A DNA stretch of 62,673 bases from a virus (lineage: Duplodnaviria > Caudoviricetes): the IMG/VR virus record IMGVR_UViG_3300006751_000010, positions 1 through 62,673 of that record; one strand, 5' to 3'. The translations under genes were made by a program, and so were the position numbers. The notes under the pieces were generated by a model. That model ran no database searches. It was not told the DNA's origin and saw only the letters and a list, made by a program, of their open reading frames with translations. Positions 57,795 to 62,673 of the stretch are shown here, piece by piece (within the stretch, counting starts at the first letter, position 1; every line of letters starts with the position of its first letter).

Positions 57795-60653
57795 TTAATC
57801 TAATTGTTTCCATGATCCATTTAGATAACAATATGCATGTTGATTAGCACCAGATCCGGAGACAACAAAAGTACCAGCAGCTGTTGATATTATAGATCCA
57901 GTTATTTCAGTTGGATGTACTGGGGGTAATGTTATACTAGCAACTGTGATTGGACCGGTATCTATACGAGATAATGCTACAATTTTCCAGTCAAATGTAC
58001 TCTGAGCTAACACAATTCTAGTTCCTTGTGTTACTAGCATTGTATTTGGATATGTTACTCCATTAATGGTATATTCTTTAAATAACCCCGCATACATATC
58101 ATCTGTAAAGATTTTACCGCCGGCACTCGATACACCAAAAACGGTGTCAAATAATATTTCTGCATCAGGGTGATTACTATCACTCGGTACTGCTGATATA
58201 AAAATTCCATGAATTGATGCAACTTCTATTATACATATAGCTCCATATTTTTGATAATTATTACCTGTTGTCCAATATGAATCATTGGGATGTAATCTTA
58301 TATTTCCTATAGGATGATCATCTAAATCAGTACCAGCTTCGAGTCGTAAAAATGTAGATGGGCCGTTACTAGTTATTGATGAATCATAACTGCCAGTTAA
58401 ATTTATCGCAACATATTCGCGAGATCCGTAAGCTGGTATTGTAGCATTGAATGTTGATAAAAGTGTATCATTACTGTTAACTGTCGAATTTCTAAATAAA
58501 TACATATCTGCTAAATTAGTACCTCGAAATTCTCCACTAGATGCTATAACATCTCCGCTACTACTAACAAGAAAATTACTAGATGATATTTCTAATAATC
58601 CATTGCTTCCACTTAAATACGATGAACTAGGATGTCCTAAAAAGAATTTAGTAGTTCTTATATCTAATTCGTCATCAGATGTACTATATCTAAAATAACT
58701 TTCAGTGTTTGCATATAATTCTAATCCTACTCCGCTATATGCAACTCCTTTAGAAGTTTGTCCGGGCATTGCAGAGCCTGACCAAAGTAAAAATCCAGGA
58801 AACCCGGCATCAAATCCTTGATAACTCAATGATCTAATAAAACCAGAATTTGGATATCCGCTAATAGCAACACCAGTTTCTAAAGAGTCAGCTACATATA
58901 ATGAGCCTGTCATTAAAGAATAATCGCCATCTATATAACGATTACCTCCTTGCCAATTTTTATTGTATATATATGATATTTGTTTACTACCAGCTCCGTC
59001 TGCATTATAATATTCTAATTTAAACGAAATTTGATTTCCTAATTTATGTGTAGTTTCTATAGGAGTTTTTATTCGTGTATAGTTAGGAGTATAACCAGAA
59101 TCGTTATCTGATAAAATATGTACATCTGCAAGTTGCCAATCTCCAGATTCAACAACAAATATTAATTTACCTTTACCATTATTATCACTTTTAAAACTAA
59201 AACTTTTGTCATCTACTCGTTGACTGTTTCCTGATAATTTTAATTGTCCTACTTTTTTTCCTATATTAACTGGTAATTCTTGATTTAAAAAATCTGTTGA
59301 ATTAAAGTTAAAAGCACTTCCAGATATATAAATTGATAATGTTGGATCTAAATTATTACTATTAGCACTTCTTGTTCCTATAGCATCTAAACGAACTTTA
59401 TATGCAGAATCTTTTACAAAAATTCCCATATAATCGTCTTTTACTTGAAATGTATGCACGCTATTTGCATTAGCAATGTTTGTAGAGCTTTCTATTTTTG
59501 CTCCGCCGGATAATGAACTAGTATACCATACTAAAGAAGGAGCAGTTGTTGTAGTATTTCCGATATATGTATTAGCTTCCCAAAAATCAATTAAACTTTG
59601 TGAAGTAAATAAACCTATAGTTTCATCTGGAAATAAGGATGCTGTATTTTCTATAAGAATTTCTGTTTCTTCTATTTCAAAATCATTTACTAAGTCCCAT
59701 GTGCCAACAGTACCTTTATTATTAGTAAAAACTTTGATTCTAGAAACATCTCCAGCAGCTGGATCTAAACCGCTTACTTGAATATATGCAAATGATTGTG
59801 AATTTTGAGTAGCAGTATATACTGGCGAAGCTTCATAATCTATAGTAAAGGCAGAATGATCAAATGCCCCATATGTATGAGGTGAAATACTTTGGCTACT
59901 AAATACCGTATATTCTGTATCTAATAAAGCCGAGCCAGTTGTTAATATTTTTTTTATCGTAGACACATACGCCGTGCTAGGCACCGTATATGTAGCCGCA
60001 GGCGTAGGATTTGATGGACTAGCAACTGTTAATGTGCCTCCTTTCATTTCTGATGTTAATTCTCCCCCTAATATTTCTATAGCTGGTTGATTATTTGATG
60101 AATAATATCTAACAGTGCCTGTATTATATGTAGGAAATTGTCCTGTTCCTGGATAACTTCGATCTAATTGTACTCCTACTATTTCTTCAACTGTAACACT
60201 AGGTGGTGTTTCAAATATTATTTCAGATATATTAGTAATATTAGGATTAACTGGAATTGTTCTACTCCATCTAACGTTAGCCTTTCCTTGCCAGTTAATT
60301 GGTGTAGGAGCTCCTTCGATTATTGCAGCTTCTGCTACTAATGTTATAGTACAATCTCCAGGCGATGTTTCTTCGTAAATGTATATTGCAATTGCTCTAG
60401 ACTTATCTTCATCGATGAAGTCTACAATTTGATGATATATAGGATCTCCGTTATAATCTAAAACTTCTACCCCTAATACACCACCAGGTTTTAAATTTGT
60501 TGGATGTCCTCGAAGTTTAAATACATTTTTACCGGCTGTAAGTTTTGTGGGAAATTCTGTAATTTGAAAATATTCTGGAGATGTTAATGATGTATCTTCA
60601 AAATCAATTGGTATAAATTCTAAACCTTTATATACAGCTTCTTTACGTTCCAT
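57795..60653 (-). CDS. large virion structural protein (baseplate/fibre-like)
   Basis: 952 aa, S/T/G-rich with recurrent SGS/TGS/SSS; late motif upstream. Confidence 0.55.
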   Translation of the reverse strand: MERKEAVYKGLEFIPIDFEDTSLTSPEYFQITEFPTKLTAGKNVFKLRGHPTNLKPGGVLGVEVLDYNGDPIYHQIVDFIDEDKSRAIAIYIYEETSPGDCTITLVAEAAIIEGAPTPINWQGKANVRWSRTIPVNPNITNISEIIFETPPSVTVEEIVGVQLDRSYPGTGQFPTYNTGTVRYYSSNNQPAIEILGGELTSEMKGGTLTVASPSNPTPAATYTVPSTAYVSTIKKILTTGSALLDTEYTVFSSQSISPHTYGAFDHSAFTIDYEASPVYTATQNSQSFAYIQVSGLDPAAGDVSRIKVFTNNKGTVGTWDLVNDFEIEETEILIENTASLFPDETIGLFTSQSLIDFWEANTYIGNTTTTAPSLVWYTSSLSGGAKIESSTNIANANSVHTFQVKDDYMGIFVKDSAYKVRLDAIGTRSANSNNLDPTLSIYISGSAFNFNSTDFLNQELPVNIGKKVGQLKLSGNSQRVDDKSFSFKSDNNGKGKLIFVVESGDWQLADVHILSDNDSGYTPNYTRIKTPIETTHKLGNQISFKLEYYNADGAGSKQISYIYNKNWQGGNRYIDGDYSLMTGSLYVADSLETGVAISGYPNSGFIRSLSYQGFDAGFPGFLLWSGSAMPGQTSKGVAYSGVGLELYANTESYFRYSTSDDELDIRTTKFFLGHPSSSYLSGSNGLLEISSSNFLVSSSGDVIASSGEFRGTNLADMYLFRNSTVNSNDTLLSTFNATIPAYGSREYVAINLTGSYDSSITSNGPSTFLRLEAGTDLDDHPIGNIRLHPNDSYWTTGNNYQKYGAICIIEVASIHGIFISAVPSDSNHPDAEILFDTVFGVSSAGGKIFTDDMYAGLFKEYTINGVTYPNTMLVTQGTRIVLAQSTFDWKIVALSRIDTGPITVASITLPPVHPTEITGSIISTAAGTFVVSGSGANQHAYCYLNGSWKQLD

Positions 60654-60666
60654 GGAATACTTTTTA

Positions 60667-60675
60667 TATAAATAT
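60667..60675 (-). promoter_or_regulatory. late-type promoter motif ATATTTATA (952-aa virion protein)
   Basis: Recurrent intergenic 9-mer. Confidence 0.6.
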
Positions 60676-62673
60676 TATACATGATTTATTTGGCTATAAT
60701 TATCAATTTTATTAACTTCAATTAAATTATCAACCATATCACGCATTGTATCTACATGAGAAATAATTATAGAAAAATCAAATTTAGTTCTAAAATATTC
60801 AAATAAATTAATAACAGCTGCTATATGTTCTTGATCTAAACTACCCCACCCTTCGTCAATAGCAATAAAATTAGGACGTGGTAATGCAGATACATTTATA
60901 AGTGCTATTCTGATAGCTAATGATGAAATAAATCGTTCCATACCAGATGTTAATTCTAATGGCCAATAATCTGTATCACTATATACAATATATCCATTAA
61001 TATTTTTGCCGTCTGTTTCTAATACCATATTAAAATCTACAACTTGATTTAATACATTATTTATTTCTGCTTCTATTTTAGGGAGGGTTTTAGATATTAA
61101 GTCATATGGAATTCCATTACGTCGTATAGCACTTAAATAATATTCATATGCTTTATATTCTGTTTCTAATTGTTTATATATGTCTAATTGTTCTACAGCT
61201 GTATTTTTATTAGTTTTTGCTACTTCTGTTTCTCCATGTGTAGTTTTAATAGTTGTTTGAATTTTTTTAATTTTAATGGAAGCTTCTTCTATTATTTTTT
61301 TATATTCGGAAATTTGTTTATCAATTTGTTTATTATGTGCAATTGCTGATTGATTTTTTGTAAATAATTCTTGTCGATCTATTGTTGTTTCTAATTCAGA
61401 TTCTTTTGTTTGCAAATCACTTTCTAATACTTGTTGACGAAGCTCTTCTTTTTCTACTTCACTTTGTTTTGATTCTATTAATCCTTTATTCACATGATAT
61501 GCAGTTTGTTGTTCTAAATATGGTTCTAAATCTTCAACTATAGTGTCAATATCTAATTGATCAAATTGTAATTCTCGAAGTTTATCTTGATCTTCTTTTA
61601 TTGTTTTTTCTGCTTCTAATGCATCTTGGACAAATACATTACTTGTGCAATATTCACATTTTGGATCATATTCATGTTCTTTAAGATGTGCAATCTTTTT
61701 TTGTTTATTTTGAACTAAATTCCATTGGTTTTTAGTTTGTTGATCTGTTTCTTTTTGTTTTTCTTGATATTCTTTTAATTTTTCTACATTTTTATTTATA
61801 AAATTAATATCAATATTATTATTAGTTTTTTGAATAGTTTTGATACTTTCATTTATTACAGAAATTTCCGATTCTACTATTTCAATATCTAATTGTAATT
61901 GTTCAATATCTGATATTAATTCAATTTCTAATTCGTTTAATTCTTCAATATCAGCTCCTTCATAAGTAGTCGGTTGTTTTTGTTCAATTAAATTAACTAT
62001 TTGTTGTTGTGTTTTTTCTCTGTTAGTTTGATGTGTTTTTTCTTTAGTTTCTAAATTAGAGATATTTTGTTTATTTTTATTAATAACTTCTTCTGCTGTT
62101 GTTATTATAGTAGCAAAATCAGTTTTTTTATATTCTTTTAACTTGCCTGCTGTTTCTTTTATATCAGTTGAAGCTAATTGATATATTTGTTCAAATAATG
62201 TCATATCCATAAATTGAGATAATAAATCTTTTCTTTCACGTTGTGATTTTGTTATAAAATTATTATTATCATTTTGTAATGAAAATGCAGTTAATATGAA
62301 ATCATCATAAGTGCCTAAATATCTACGTATATTTTTATTTGTTTCACTTCGCTCTTCTCCATTTAAATTTTCAGATTCTGTATAAAAATTTACATTAACT
62401 TTTACATGGCCGTGTTTTAATTTAATACCCTCCCTTTCTATTGTGTATATTTTTCCATTTAATTCAAAACAAAATTTAGCTTTAAATGTATTTTGTTTAT
62501 TATTTAATACTTCTTTTGCTTTACTAGTTTTACTACATTTATCAAATATTGTATATGTTATTGCATCTAATAAAGAAGATTTACCAGATGTATTAGCAGC
62601 AAATAAACCACATACACTTTCTAAACATGTAAAGTCTACAACGTTTCCTTGACCATATGAAAACATATTGTCA
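60675..62673 (-). CDS. SbcC/Rad50/gp46-like recombination ATPase, N-terminus probably outside the window
   Basis: NTSGKSS Walker A, coiled coil with CEYC zinc hook, TSGME signature, IDEGWGSLD, IISH. The frame is open to the window edge. Confidence 0.92.
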   Translation of the reverse strand, partial: DNMFSYGQGNVVDFTCLESVCGLFAANTSGKSSLLDAITYTIFDKCSKTSKAKEVLNNKQNTFKAKFCFELNGKIYTIEREGIKLKHGHVKVNVNFYTESENLNGEERSETNKNIRRYLGTYDDFILTAFSLQNDNNNFITKSQRERKDLLSQFMDMTLFEQIYQLASTDIKETAGKLKEYKKTDFATIITTAEEVINKNKQNISNLETKEKTHQTNREKTQQQIVNLIEQKQPTTYEGADIEELNELEIELISDIEQLQLDIEIVESEISVINESIKTIQKTNNNIDINFINKNVEKLKEYQEKQKETDQQTKNQWNLVQNKQKKIAHLKEHEYDPKCEYCTSNVFVQDALEAEKTIKEDQDKLRELQFDQLDIDTIVEDLEPYLEQQTAYHVNKGLIESKQSEVEKEELRQQVLESDLQTKESELETTIDRQELFTKNQSAIAHNKQIDKQISEYKKIIEEASIKIKKIQTTIKTTHGETEVAKTNKNTAVEQLDIYKQLETEYKAYEYYLSAIRRNGIPYDLISKTLPKIEAEINNVLNQVVDFNMVLETDGKNINGYIVYSDTDYWPLELTSGMERFISSLAIRIALINVSALPRPNFIAIDEGWGSLDQEHIAAVINLFEYFRTKFDFSIIISHVDTMRDMVDNLIEVNKIDNYSQINHV

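Noticed and set aside
858-62652. All plus-strand ORFs in the track (60-149 aa), and nested minus-strand ORFs 10598..10780 and 23854..24075
   Set aside because: They overlap well-supported minus-strand genes, carry no motifs, and read as antisense or alternate-frame shadows.
1-62673. Stop-codon reassignment, introns, inteins, tRNAs, integrase or IS elements
   Set aside because: Genes tile densely in the standard code using TAA, TAG and TGA stops. PolB, helicase, RNR, RecA and terminase have normal lengths. Gaps are short and AT-rich with no cloverleaf visible by eye.

Overview
A 62.7-kb segment of a very AT-rich, T4-like (contractile-tailed) large phage genome. Essentially every gene lies on the minus strand, read in the standard genetic code. 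In transcription order (right to left): an SbcC/gp46-like ATPase (cut by the window edge); a virion-type protein; a HIGH-nucleotidyltransferase/ligase-like fusion; terminase, portal, prohead protease, a phage ribosomal protein bS21, scaffold and major capsid; neck, sheath, tube, tail chaperone, tape measure and baseplate genes. A replication block follows (divergent PolA-like protein, gp32 SSB, RecA, RNase H, helicase, class II RNR, PolB, clamp, clamp loader). Interleaved with it is a 7-deazaguanine DNA-modification pathway: folE, queD, queE, a DpdL-like T-fold protein and a DpdA-like transglycosylase, with no queC or queF in the window. The window ends in a run of seven glycosyltransferase-type genes. 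Best novel-system candidate: the coupled operon orf149-dpdL-glycosyltransferase-orf61-dpdA-clamp, suggesting a sugar-decorated 7-deazaguanine DNA modification, possibly clamp-tethered. Other notable signals: strong CCGG over-representation, a late-promoter motif that is the reverse complement of the T4 late consensus, a probable +1 frameshift in the tail chaperone, a putative protease-processed two-enzyme polyprotein, and an SSB-tail mimic. All calls come from motif recognition by eye; no searches were run.
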